From positions 24,236 to 88,235 of the IMG/VR virus record IMGVR_UViG_3300006919_000042: 64,000 bases of DNA; one strand, 5' to 3'. The translations under genes and the position numbers were made by a program. The notes under the pieces were generated by a model, which was given only the letters and a program-made list of their open reading frames with translations, did no database searches and was not told the origin of the DNA. This DNA comes from a virus. This document shows positions 46,201-54,393 of the stretch, piece after piece; within the stretch, counting starts at the first letter, position 1, and every line of letters begins with the position of its first letter.

Positions 46201-46809
46201 TCACATGGAACTGATCTAAGCACTAATCCTATGTTAGAGTTTGGTGATAATGGAGAGGAGGCTTATTTTAGAGTTAATAACATCTATCATTTTACCGATA
46301 GATCAAATACAACGACAGGATGGTATATGAGCAATGTTGGAACGGGAGACATAAAAGTGACTTTAAATGCTGGAGCTGAAACATACAGTTTTGGTGTTGA
46401 CAATAGTGATGGAGACAAGTTTAAAATATCAAACACAAATGTTGTAGGAACAGAAGATATGTTATCATTTACTCCAGGTACATATGACGCAGAGTTTACA
46501 GGCGAGCTAGAATACTCTAAAGGAGTTGCAGACGACACAACGACAGCTTATGAATTAGTATTGGGCGATAGATCTGGAATAGTGACGATGAACAACGCCG
46601 CTGCTAACACGCTAACAATCCCAGCAAATGCATCTGTAGCATTTCCAATAGGAACTGAAATAGTGATTATTAATAAGGGAGCTGGAGTCACAACTGTAGC
46701 AATTACCACAGATACATTAAATCAAAATGTAGGAGGATTAACTCTTGCTCAATATGATAAGAGAACATTGACTAAAATAACAGCTACTAGCTGGATACTA
46801 GGTTACTAA
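40291..46809 (+). CDS. 2172-aa tail-fibre/adhesin-like protein with N-terminal Sec signal peptide and 7-repeat beta-propeller
   Basis: MKKHILLLALLLATTFGFS-Q; RTFTLPNASG, beta-helix-like repeats, PQLGGNLD, C-terminal TIPANASVAFPIGTEI...WILG. Confidence 0.75.
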   Translation: MKKHILLLALLLATTFGFSQAKKTFKTEVAIEQTPAAVPATDFVLSIQADGTLTKTAILVTDVQTGAFSLEGYDESGTKAGLNLIVGLGDYSLAGNGTGITLTDATGLTQLRSNIWEFLSNVSGFKTDIDGDGLTANRTFTLPNASGIPALDVNGVASSTVGSITLTTQNLTNDGEDGINKYITLSDIYQGNTLINGDYYHDTGFTYQAWADLYIIDGVVYNTLISDAVTLSPAHATLDRIDVIVVNNNGTITAVTGTAAANPVKPEIDLDTQVEMTFVLVQANTTTPASVTELLVYDENAGDPTEWDSATSDGSITLAATGTTQSGTNAIRFNTAAVGDQLTLTDLTTISSSDYNKIIFYVKLDNVLDHRIRLTLSNTGGSDVSNTATLQHGSYGLDTSNTSTYQLIIIPVSDLAIGVQTYDRLTIYNDKATASFYVDNMILQTGTNPVAGPTITNTSQLINDGPDGVNPYLTSLTESNIYNSDGTITVNRVIDADGNSISIDNANGDTMLLIDTTLDAEVAKIGAINPANGGNDASFEGSTSATLSTSTTQADYDNGTQTASQTLAANAGSSSITAQATNITIQNEAGLNKVEIDGTKVNALAGANGLKALSAGTTDLVGLNGLRLKIGTGGVETPSVVGYVPTATNVNGNVTWQPGGASSIYNADGSLAGNRIMSLNGNTLRVNDAAGNSALEIDPTINTETTVVSANNATGGGNEASVDLSTTDTDVVSELKAQFNGGAKQASILQQVDVTESSTEITTDVLKVVLPTPPTVGQFLQATNVDGTVDWTTSLIRETSNNLFGGSTAGANIVIDGGNTGFGVAALESSNAINNSGFGFEVLRENAGQRVNGFGLWAGKRNTADDGNFFGQESGQFNKGARVVGFGGETVQNNQGDDVVGIGNDALIYNEENQNTAVGSESFVFLTNVAGLKSFVSGDVTAGTDRIAITAHNFGTTGAFVNLLYSGVTGGITNGKIYQFEIIDANTIELITDSTLDLDGTEDGDLTPQYTYTNATTIGYNSQPTASNQVTLGNATVTEVDTYGALRARAYGAGTQTGTATYNLVVDVDGNVIEEVLTPQPILAIDEGNGVGYVLGDSDRANYGNVGLSAVDLSYNGSPSTTKGAGGDYSFVAGEAQQITGGVASWGAYTIGTENTIGGTNTTAAGALGAYNTISNGYATTAIGAYNTINTADNGFGAAIGMNNVLSNTNPAGTFGTALISKSRHTLAVGVANVDYTETGNEATRPIFVVGNGTTTTPAGAWAASVRSDALRVDWDGTITAPSFSTAEITTAGNASLITKEYADANYSTGGDVTAASNFSADNTVILSDGTGKGVKNSTIANSTYNIADAWDGYAAVPDTYGWNGIAGGDGAWVATSYNGTNRVMWSDDNGQTWTNVASSNDANQWRHVSYGGGVFIALSTSGTNRVMRSTDGGLTWTGIAAAVDTSSWNSVAYGNGVFVAVASSGTNRTMYSTDLGLTWTAVAAAVDTSSWQAIAYGGGVFVAVSSDGTNRTMWSDDLGLSWTAVASAVETNQWFSIAYGDGNFVSVSIDGTNRAMISDDLGLTWSSSTTTPSNTNVWRDVVYGNGTWIAVANSGTNKVSRSVDNGDTWTAITPSDDLNTWRNVAYSGGVFVSVADSGTNRVMTYSPGANALLNTNSTVDDINASATGFEYTTVDWVNAKITETSPDLSSHVTKTGTPAANQLSRWTGDGVLGAIPEATWDGSNFTFGDINGILTLRNLTGYSDIYASNRLDIESNEGLRVNNIGKTQHVTIIPGAGTSTLTAPTSNGIIATTAYVTSNSIDNVLEDITPQLGGNLDVLTREITTSTVNGDIELSPNGTGRVFINTGSDLEIGDGGSLSVSNLGTGDAVASFTAPNFDTWAIGNDDSAAAFVIDNGFTLGTNPPLSIDHTTGDATFNGDHTIIKNDVETTTPILLLDQTSTGDAFQTWTNATKSYSMGIDNSATENFFISHGTDLSTNPMLEFGDNGEEAYFRVNNIYHFTDRSNTTTGWYMSNVGTGDIKVTLNAGAETYSFGVDNSDGDKFKISNTNVVGTEDMLSFTPGTYDAEFTGELEYSKGVADDTTTAYELVLGDRSGIVTMNNAAANTLTIPANASVAFPIGTEIVIINKGAGVTTVAITTDTLNQNVGGLTLAQYDKRTLTKITATSWILGY
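44377..45228 (+). repeat. Seven ~43-aa BNR/Asp-box propeller repeats (~129 nt)
   Basis: W..VAYG.GVFVAVS..GTNR.M.S.D.G.TWT x7. Confidence 0.9.
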
Positions 46810-47231
46810 TGAAAGATCAAATCAAAAACATATCAGTTACAATAGGAGCGTGCGTTACCATAATAACTGGTATATGGTACTTTACTCAACCTATATTTGA
46901 ACAAAAGGTCGAAGACGTTGTGATTGAGTACATTGATAGCAATGAATTCAAGATCACAGAAAGACAGATTATCAAAGAAGTATCAAAAGAGATATTCATT
47001 GAATTTCTCAAGAGTGAAGAATTTAATACTAAGCTAGATGAATACTTAGATCGAGTTAATTCCAATAGTGTAAGTCTAAGAAAACTCCTTTCAATCAAGA
47101 TGGGAGTGCCTCAGGAGACTGTAGCAGACAAGTTATCTGATTTATATACCAAGGACGCCAAGCGACTTAGAAACCTCCTTAGAGGGATTAATAATATGTA
47201 TCCCGAACTTAATGTTTGGGAAATTGATTGA
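46809..47231 (+). CDS. Single-TM hypothetical protein
   Basis: ISVTIGACVTIITGIWYF. Confidence 0.65.
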   Translation: MKDQIKNISVTIGACVTIITGIWYFTQPIFEQKVEDVVIEYIDSNEFKITERQIIKEVSKEIFIEFLKSEEFNTKLDEYLDRVNSNSVSLRKLLSIKMGVPQETVADKLSDLYTKDAKRLRNLLRGINNMYPELNVWEID

Positions 47232-47264
47232 TATTTACAGAAACCCAAATAAAACCCAAATAAA

Positions 47265-47465
47265 ATGACAGTAAAAGAAATTTTCAGAACGATTGAAGGG
47301 ATAGCAATGTTAGTAGCTTTTGGAATGGTGATCTTCACAGGAGCAAAGATGTTCGCGTGGTTAGGTTTAGCAGCATACGTTATTATCAACTTACCAGGAG
47401 GAATCAAGAAATTTATTTCTGTGATCAAGTGGATAGGACGCAAGTTGGAAATAATTAAAGCATGA
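47265..47465 (+). CDS. Small two-TM protein (holin candidate)
   Basis: Two hydrophobic helices, basic tail. Confidence 0.55.
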   Translation: MTVKEIFRTIEGIAMLVAFGMVIFTGAKMFAWLGLAAYVIINLPGGIKKFISVIKWIGRKLEIIKA

Positions 47466-48190
47466 TCAAATTCCTAATATATTTCGCAGCGTTTTATCTA
47501 ATAACGATTTTAACGCTGTTTTTAACGCATTCAAAAAGAGACGCACTTACTCATATCAGATTCATTAATAGACACGTCTTATTTCAGATAATCGCGTTGT
47601 CGGCTTATGTAATAGCTCCAATTGCAATACAATTTTATAGATGGAACATAAATGTGCTTACTTGGTACATGGATGATTCGAGATATGATAGATTTCGTGA
47701 AAGTGGGTATGCAGTAGACTATGAGAGTTGGTTGAATGATAGGGGTGGTAAAGAAACGTTTTGGGTACTTTATCAATGGCACACTCGTAATAGAATGTGG
47801 AATGTGTATAAGTTCATCAATATTCCTATTGATAAAGAGTACATCGAGCGCATCATTACAAACACAGCAATACTTAGAGACAAACCAATACAAATTGCAG
47901 ATGCAACTGGATTTATTAGACATGAGAATTCACCAGGACTAAAGTTTTTTGATAAAGCTGGTAATAGTGGATGGAGTATTAATTCAGGAACAGTAATTGC
48001 ATGGGACTATACAATAGTAGGGACAATCAAATACTATTTTACAATAAATGATCAATTATTTTTTAGATACGGCACTTGCTTCAAGCTAGTCACAGCATTT
48101 AAAAGGGATTGGTATATCAATTTTGGGTACGGTACTGGTAGAGAACGATATAAAATATCATTTAAAATTCAGCCTACGAAGAAAATATAG
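47462..48190 (+). CDS. Hypothetical membrane protein
   Basis: Two N-terminal TMs; WYMDD...YQWHTRNRMWN. Confidence 0.6.
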   Translation: MIKFLIYFAAFYLITILTLFLTHSKRDALTHIRFINRHVLFQIIALSAYVIAPIAIQFYRWNINVLTWYMDDSRYDRFRESGYAVDYESWLNDRGGKETFWVLYQWHTRNRMWNVYKFINIPIDKEYIERIITNTAILRDKPIQIADATGFIRHENSPGLKFFDKAGNSGWSINSGTVIAWDYTIVGTIKYYFTINDQLFFRYGTCFKLVTAFKRDWYINFGYGTGRERYKISFKIQPTKKI

Positions 48191-48235
48191 TATGTTTATC
48201 ACTTAATAGTAAAACAACAATTTAAAACCGTTAAA

Positions 48236-48619
48236 ATGGAAAAAGTAAAAGATGACGTGGTAGGCACAGTTGATGAAGTAAAAGACATCAAGCAACCTTC
48301 AAAAGAAATTAAAGTAGAAATCGTTCAATCAGAGAATGGAATGATTACACTACAAACTTTTAGTGATTTGCCAGTTAGTGTAGCTCATTTGGTTGGTATC
48401 ATGGAAATTGCAAAAGTAGATTTGCTACACAATACAGTTGATAGTCAAAAAGAAGATGTAGTTGAAATGACAGTTGATGAACTTGACATAAAGTTAAATC
48501 CTGGAGCTGAATTAGTGTTGGGAGATACAATTAAAATTCCAAGAACATCAGCACTTTTAAGAGATCAGATGCGTAGAGAGGCGTTATCAAATACAGAAGG
48601 ACCTAAGGTAGAAGCATAA
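48236..48619 (+). CDS. Hypothetical protein
   Basis: LVGIMEIAK motif; followed by a terminator. Confidence 0.65.
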   Translation: MEKVKDDVVGTVDEVKDIKQPSKEIKVEIVQSENGMITLQTFSDLPVSVAHLVGIMEIAKVDLLHNTVDSQKEDVVEMTVDELDIKLNPGAELVLGDTIKIPRTSALLRDQMRREALSNTEGPKVEA

Positions 48620-48640
48620 AAATCAAATAGATAAATATTT

Positions 48641-48668
48641 AAAAGACCTCATTTGAGGTCTTTTTTTT
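48641..48668 (+). terminator. Intrinsic terminator
   Basis: AAAAGACCTCA-TT-TGAGGTCTTTTTTTT. Confidence 0.85.
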
Positions 48669-48695
48669 GCTTAATAGATAAGGAATTAATATCTT
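48667..48695 (+). promoter_or_regulatory. Repeated promoter/operator, copy 14
   Basis: TTGC-N5-AGATA-N9-TATCTT. Confidence 0.65.
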
Positions 48696-48713
48696 CACAT
48701 AAAATCATATTAA

Positions 48714-49061
48714 ATGAAAGAACAAATCGAACCGGTTGTTAAAGACCAAATTAAAATTGTAGCTCAAAAGGAAGTTGATAAGAAGCAAAAGTACGTTGGG
48801 AAAATTAGAGTAATCAAAGGACTTACAATGTATAAGTTGAATTTGAAAACTGGTCATATAACTAAAGTACAATTCGACTCCGCAGTTATCGATATCAACA
48901 ATCCTGACAAGATTAAGAAGAAAATGATTCAAGAGCCAGGATTCATATATACTCAAGCATTAAATGACAAGAATGCTAAACGCAAATTTACTAAACAAGT
49001 AGCACAAATAATCGCAGCAAATAAATCGAAACATGAAAACCCTATTCGCCCTACCCTTTGA
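48714..49061 (+). CDS. Hypothetical basic protein
   Basis: GLTMY...YTQALNDKNAKRKF. Confidence 0.65.
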   Translation: MKEQIEPVVKDQIKIVAQKEVDKKQKYVGKIRVIKGLTMYKLNLKTGHITKVQFDSAVIDINNPDKIKKKMIQEPGFIYTQALNDKNAKRKFTKQVAQIIAANKSKHENPIRPTL

Positions 49062-49401
49062 GACATATGAGAGTTCTAAGACTGAAACTGGTGTAATCTA
49101 CAATTTAGTGGATCACGAAATGACAGCAGTACTACAAATTTGGGTCACTCACAGACCATATGCAGATCATGATTTGTGCATCAAAGAGATGACACAATGC
49201 CCTAGTAATGTTCGTAATGCAGCAATTGCTATTTTAGACGTCCTATTCGATAAGAAGTGGAGAGTGCTTACTAAATTTACTGCATCTCAAGTGAGACAGT
49301 CAACTAGATTACAAGCATTGCAGTATGGTGAACGTTGTGTATCGCTATCGTATAGTAAAGACGCACGAAAGTTAATCCAAGGACCACCAAAAATGCGATG
49401 A
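49033..49401 (+). CDS. Hypothetical protein
   Basis: Overlapping operonic ORF. Confidence 0.55.
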   Translation: MKTLFALPFETYESSKTETGVIYNLVDHEMTAVLQIWVTHRPYADHDLCIKEMTQCPSNVRNAAIAILDVLFDKKWRVLTKFTASQVRQSTRLQALQYGERCVSLSYSKDARKLIQGPPKMR

Positions 49402-49589
49402 AAATAGTTCTTGTTCGATATCGATTACACCTTGAGATATTCTACAAAGACCTTAGATTGTCGATAAAAAAGTCTACAGTTGAAGATGAGGAATTACTCA
49501 ATAAGTATATTAAAAGATACTTTGAGCTTAACTACAGAAATCCAGTAGTAACAGCCTTCTTCGTATTGAAAATTTTGCGCAGTAGGTAA
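49398..49589 (+). CDS. Small hypothetical protein
   Basis: ATGA-coupled ORF. Confidence 0.5.
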   Translation: MKIVLVRYRLHLEIFYKDLRLSIKKSTVEDEELLNKYIKRYFELNYRNPVVTAFFVLKILRSR

Positions 49590-49647
49590 ATTGCTTGGTA
49601 GTCTAAATCAAAAAGCTGAGATTTAGGTACTCTAAATAACATTCACA

Positions 49648-50214
49648 ATGGATCAAATTAAAAAACATCACAACGCCGTATTACAGTCAATTACTAAAGA
49701 TTTCAAAGTAGAAGACACAGACACCAACATTGAGAAAGGCACCGTTGCTGAGATGTTAACGTACGGAGGAGCTGCAATTCCAATGAGCAAAACTGGCAAA
49801 GATATTTTGGCAGGTGTCGATAAAAAGATCGCTGAATGTAAGGTAAAGAAAGAGCATTGTCTCAAAGAGATGTTGGAATATTTAGCTAAATGCAATAAGG
49901 TCCCTACTCAGTCAGTAGATGACTATCAACTTAAAGGATGTACTTTAGAGAATGCTCCAAAATCATTTCCGTGGAGAGATGTTGAATCTTACGATTCGCC
50001 AAAAAACAAGCAGTATGTTGATACTGTAGTAATCTCAGAAACTAAGGAGTCAGAAGAAAAATCTGAAAATCCATTCAGAGAGTATAATAAGTATCAAAGA
50101 AAATATATCGAGCATTGTGTTGATGTTTGTTATTTAGAAACAATTCAAGGTGGATTAGATCCAAAGAAGCAATATCAATTAACGATTAAGCAGTGTGTTC
50201 AATTAGGTCTATAA
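49648..50214 (+). CDS. Putative head-associated protein
   Basis: MDQIKK... N-terminus like 35167, IEKG site; directly upstream of the portal. Confidence 0.55.
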   Translation: MDQIKKHHNAVLQSITKDFKVEDTDTNIEKGTVAEMLTYGGAAIPMSKTGKDILAGVDKKIAECKVKKEHCLKEMLEYLAKCNKVPTQSVDDYQLKGCTLENAPKSFPWRDVESYDSPKNKQYVDTVVISETKESEEKSENPFREYNKYQRKYIEHCVDVCYLETIQGGLDPKKQYQLTIKQCVQLGL

Positions 50215-50227
50215 ATCACTAAGTTAA

Positions 50228-51916
50228 ATGTCATACATTAATAGCAATCAAATTATAAACACTCAGCCACTAAGCTCAATTGATGAGCAGCTTAAACAGT
50301 TGCAGATTGAGAAGGGTAGAGTTGCTCAGAAAGAATATCAGATTGTCAGTAAAGCATTATCATCGGATAATCCAAATGACATCATGAAAGCCAATACGTA
50401 TTGGGAAGATGTTCAAACCAGACAGTCAAGTGGACTGAAGACTGAATTAGTTGATCCAACTCAATGGACACAAGGTGCTGGTTACAAATACAAAAGATTT
50501 ACATTAAGCTACGATATGATGAGACGTATGGTTTCTACCACACCAATCATCAAATCAATCATAGGAACACGTCAAGCTCAAGTTAGTGCGTTTAGTTCGC
50601 CTCAAAAGAGTAAGTTTGATACTGGATTTGTTGTTCGTAAGAAACGCGCATACTATTCAGATGAAGACCCTACAACAACTGCAAAAGACAAAAAGCAGAT
50701 TGACTACATAACAAAATTCCTACTTGATGGTGGTGATAAGTCAAATGCGTGGAGTGGAGATACTTTCGATATGTTCTTGAAGAAATTAACCGCTGATAGT
50801 TTAACGCTGGATCAAGGAACGTTTGAAGTGGTAAGAAATAGAGGTGGTGCACCAGTTGAATATCTTGCAGTAGATGGTGCAACAATGAGAATGGCAGATA
50901 GTATTAATGACGATGACAATTCATTCAACGAACAATCGAATTATATGGGTGAACCACGTAAGAAGATTCGTGGATACTATCCATCATACGTTCAAGTAAT
51001 TGATGGAATCATAGAGAATGAATACTACCCATGGGAATTGTGTTTAGGTATCAGAAATGCTACTACAGACATTCGTTCAAATGGATACGGTAAGAGTGAG
51101 ATTGAAGAGTTAGTAAGCATAATCACATGGATGTTATATGGAGATACATACAATGGGAAATTCTTCTCACAAGGAAGTAGCCCAAAAGGTATGTTGAAAG
51201 TCGCAAGTGGCGTTAATAGAAACAGATTAAATGAATTCAGACAACAATGGTTAGCTATGGTTGCTGGAGTTCAGAATGCGTGGAAAGTGCCAATTGTTGA
51301 AGGTGACGTTGAGTGGATTGATATGCAGAAAGGTAATAAGGACATGGAATTTAGTAAGTGGCAAGAGTATTTGATTCGCGTTGCTTGTGCTGTGTTTAAG
51401 ATTGCACCTGATGAGATTGGATTCAAACTAGACAACGGAAGTGGTGGTTTAGGTGGAGAGAATGATACTGATGTTAAAATCAGATATTCAAAAGATAAAG
51501 GATTAAAGCCATTATTGAAATCAATGGAGTTTTGGATCAACAAGTGGATTGTTCAAGCAATCGACGATGAGTTTGAATTCAAATTTGTTGGTTTGGATCA
51601 AGATGGCGAAGACAGAGAAACTGACTTACTCAACAAGAAAGTTGGTATGGGTATGGGAGTTAAAGAGTGGAGAAAAGCACAAGGACTTGATCCAGAATTC
51701 GATGAAGGTGATTTCCCATTAAATGCAGTATGGGTTCAGCAACAAGCTGCAGCCGCATTTGGAGAGCAAAGTGAAGATAATACACAAGGAATTGATGAAG
51801 GTCAAGTAGAGGATATGTGGTCAGATCTTGGCAAAGCTACTCTATCGTCACAATTTACACAGTATGAGGACAATCCAATGATGAAAGATGCAATGGATTT
51901 GCTACTAAAAGGATAA
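50228..51916 (+). CDS. Portal protein
   Basis: DSLTLDQ, AVDGAT, YGKSEIE, YNGKFFSQGSSPKGML, NAWKVP, DMEFSKW, PDEIGF, SKDKGLKPLL. Confidence 0.93.
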   Translation: MSYINSNQIINTQPLSSIDEQLKQLQIEKGRVAQKEYQIVSKALSSDNPNDIMKANTYWEDVQTRQSSGLKTELVDPTQWTQGAGYKYKRFTLSYDMMRRMVSTTPIIKSIIGTRQAQVSAFSSPQKSKFDTGFVVRKKRAYYSDEDPTTTAKDKKQIDYITKFLLDGGDKSNAWSGDTFDMFLKKLTADSLTLDQGTFEVVRNRGGAPVEYLAVDGATMRMADSINDDDNSFNEQSNYMGEPRKKIRGYYPSYVQVIDGIIENEYYPWELCLGIRNATTDIRSNGYGKSEIEELVSIITWMLYGDTYNGKFFSQGSSPKGMLKVASGVNRNRLNEFRQQWLAMVAGVQNAWKVPIVEGDVEWIDMQKGNKDMEFSKWQEYLIRVACAVFKIAPDEIGFKLDNGSGGLGGENDTDVKIRYSKDKGLKPLLKSMEFWINKWIVQAIDDEFEFKFVGLDQDGEDRETDLLNKKVGMGMGVKEWRKAQGLDPEFDEGDFPLNAVWVQQQAAAAFGEQSEDNTQGIDEGQVEDMWSDLGKATLSSQFTQYEDNPMMKDAMDLLLKG

Positions 51917-51919
51917 ATT

Positions 51920-52546
51920 ATGTTAGCATTATTGAAAATTGAGAATCTCAAAACGTTTTTGATCGTAGGAGCAATCATAGCAGCTGTGATCTTCTGGAAG
52001 GACTACCAATATCAAATCGGAGAGAATAATCGTCAAACTGAGAATATGGAACAAGTGCGTAAGTTCGATAGCTTGAAGTTTGCTAGTCAGACATACACCA
52101 AAAAAGAGATTGATGAATATCTTGAATACAATAGAAGCGATTTAAAGGACTTTCTTAATAAGTACGACATAAAGACAAGGAGACTAGAAAAGATCATTAC
52201 ACAATCATTAGAGTACCGTGATACAACGTCAAACAACATTGATTTGAGTCCTATATTACAAGCAATCAAAAATAACACTAGAGAAATTTCAGTTCCGGTG
52301 ATTGATAGTACCGACTGTTTAATTGTAAAAGGATTTGTTATATTCAAGAATGATACACTATCACTAAACATAACTGATCGTAAATTCAAAAATAAGAGTG
52401 ATGTTGTTCAATATTGGGAAAGAAACCAATGGAACTTTCTAGGAATAAAAACTAGACTGTTCGGTAAGAAGAGTACAACAGTAATCATCAAAGATAGTTG
52501 TGGAAACACAGAAACATTTATTATTGATGCTAAAAAGAAATCGTAA
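51920..52546 (+). CDS. Membrane-anchored protein, spanin-like candidate
   Basis: N-terminal TM, coiled segment, C-terminal WNFLGIKTRLFGKK. Confidence 0.45.
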   Translation: MLALLKIENLKTFLIVGAIIAAVIFWKDYQYQIGENNRQTENMEQVRKFDSLKFASQTYTKKEIDEYLEYNRSDLKDFLNKYDIKTRRLEKIITQSLEYRDTTSNNIDLSPILQAIKNNTREISVPVIDSTDCLIVKGFVIFKNDTLSLNITDRKFKNKSDVVQYWERNQWNFLGIKTRLFGKKSTTVIIKDSCGNTETFIIDAKKKS

Positions 52547-53160
52547 TGGCAAGAACCACACCAAAGAAGCTCAAGGGAGATAAGAAATATGTCGACGCTC
52601 CTAGATTAAAGGCAATCTACGGTTATGAAGATCTGTTCAAGAAACAGTTTGGCAATGCACTTTCATTAGGTCTTTCAGACGTCAAGAAACAAATTCAAAA
52701 ACAAAGTAAACCACAATTACTATTTAAAGCAATGAATACACCTACATTCTCAGGGTGGAAGTTGCAAAAGAAGTATTGGTGGCAAGGACTACAAATATCA
52801 ATTGAGAATAAGAAGGGTAGTGTGCGTAAGTGGGAGACTGACACAGATAGTGGCAAGACTAAAATGTTGTATGATTATGGATACATTCGTCGTACATTAG
52901 GAGCAGATGGTGACCACATTGATTGCTACGTTAATAAAGATAATGAAAGTGAGAAAGTGTTTGTGGTACATCAAAATGACCCTACGACAGGAAAGTATGA
53001 TGAAGACAAAGTGATGTTGGGATTTGATACAGCTGCACAAGCAAAGAAAGCATATCTAGCACATTATGATTCTAATAAGTTTTTCGGTAGTATGATTGAG
53101 ATGACCCTAACCGAACTCAAAGCACAAGTAATTGGCAAAACAACTAAGAAGATAAAATGA
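52546..53160 (+). CDS. Inorganic-pyrophosphatase-like (polyvalent-protein InPase) domain protein
   Basis: ISIENKKGSVR, YGYIRRTLGADGDHIDCYV, VFVVHQ, YDEDKVMLGF. Confidence 0.85.
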   Translation: MARTTPKKLKGDKKYVDAPRLKAIYGYEDLFKKQFGNALSLGLSDVKKQIQKQSKPQLLFKAMNTPTFSGWKLQKKYWWQGLQISIENKKGSVRKWETDTDSGKTKMLYDYGYIRRTLGADGDHIDCYVNKDNESEKVFVVHQNDPTTGKYDEDKVMLGFDTAAQAKKAYLAHYDSNKFFGSMIEMTLTELKAQVIGKTTKKIK

Positions 53161-54122
53161 TATTCACTGCAGGCCAAATAGAACAGATCACTGGAGTACT
53201 TGATAGGTACCTCTTGACATTTGCTGCACATCATATTGGTATAAATGTATTGAGTGCTGTAGAGGTAGCTCAACTACAATCAGCCGGAGTCAATACTGCA
53301 GCAATCACAGCAGCTACATCAAATGTGTCCCAAGCATTCAAACTAGGACTACTCAGTAATGCGTTAGGTGATGCAGCAACCAAGAATATGACATATGATC
53401 AGTTCTTAAATTATTTGAGTACTGGTAAGATGTTCAAGTTAAATGCATTAGAATCATCTGCACTTCAAACATTACAGTACCAAGCGCTGAAAGACACCAA
53501 GAGAATGGGAGCTAAGATTAAAGATCAGATTGCTGATCGGTTGGTCCATGCAAACAAAACAGCAAACACAGTGACCCATAGCAAGTTGGTTACTGACGCT
53601 GCAAAAAAATCAATATTAGAGAGAAAGGGTATAGCCAGTGTGATATCAGACATAGGTCACGCAGAACCTAATTGGAACCGAGACTTCGGTAGAATAGCTG
53701 ATTTTGTATTACACTCAGCATTCGATGAAGGTCGCGCTAATGGGATACTAACAAGAACAGGACCCCAAGCGTTGGTTTACAAAGATGTTTATGCCGGTGC
53801 ATGTAAGCACTGTATAGAGAAATACCTCAAGGGAGGGATAATGAGTGAGCCGAAAGTATTTCAGCTGTCTGTACTACAAGCAAATGGCACAAATGTTGGT
53901 AAAAAAGTAGCTGATTGGCTGCCAGTTATCGGTCCTTTACATCCTTGGTGTAGATGTACCCTAATGAGTGTCCCTAATGGAATGACCCTAGTTGATTTAG
54001 CAAATGGCAAATGGGTATGGCAGAATGGTGACTTTGTTAGGGACCCGAAAAAGTGGGAGCGTAAAGTTCAACGTAAAAGTAAAGTGAGAGTAACTGTTAA
54101 TAATAAAACTACGGAAATATGA
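53157..54122 (+). CDS. MuF/SPP1 gp7-like head morphogenesis protein
   Basis: RDFGRIA, ACKHC, PLHPWCRC. Confidence 0.8.
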   Translation: MIFTAGQIEQITGVLDRYLLTFAAHHIGINVLSAVEVAQLQSAGVNTAAITAATSNVSQAFKLGLLSNALGDAATKNMTYDQFLNYLSTGKMFKLNALESSALQTLQYQALKDTKRMGAKIKDQIADRLVHANKTANTVTHSKLVTDAAKKSILERKGIASVISDIGHAEPNWNRDFGRIADFVLHSAFDEGRANGILTRTGPQALVYKDVYAGACKHCIEKYLKGGIMSEPKVFQLSVLQANGTNVGKKVADWLPVIGPLHPWCRCTLMSVPNGMTLVDLANGKWVWQNGDFVRDPKKWERKVQRKSKVRVTVNNKTTEI

Positions 54123-54337
54123 AAAAAGTAATTTTTAACTTCATGTATTGGTTACATGAAAGATCGTTTTTGAGAGCTAAGGTAGCAAAGCTAGAGGAGC
54201 AACTTGTTGAGAAAGACAAGATAATTATTAAAGCAGCTGCGATGTTAGATAGTGAAAGAATAAAAAGGACAGCAGATGTGTTGTCCCTACAAGTACACAA
54301 CAATTTATTAAAAGATAAGCTGAACGGTGTATCGTAG
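54119..54337 (+). CDS. Small coiled-coil hypothetical protein
   Basis: ATGA-coupled ORF. Confidence 0.5.
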   Translation: MKKVIFNFMYWLHERSFLRAKVAKLEEQLVEKDKIIIKAAAMLDSERIKRTADVLSLQVHNNLLKDKLNGVS

Positions 54338-54393
54338 AAATTATTATTGTACATTTAACAACTGAATATTCAAGTTTAAATAAATATTATAAT

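Noticed and set aside
7075-48695. Repeated motif read as CRISPR repeats or mobile-element ends
   Set aside because: Copies are dispersed, degenerate and always upstream of genes; no regular spacers, cas genes or transposase
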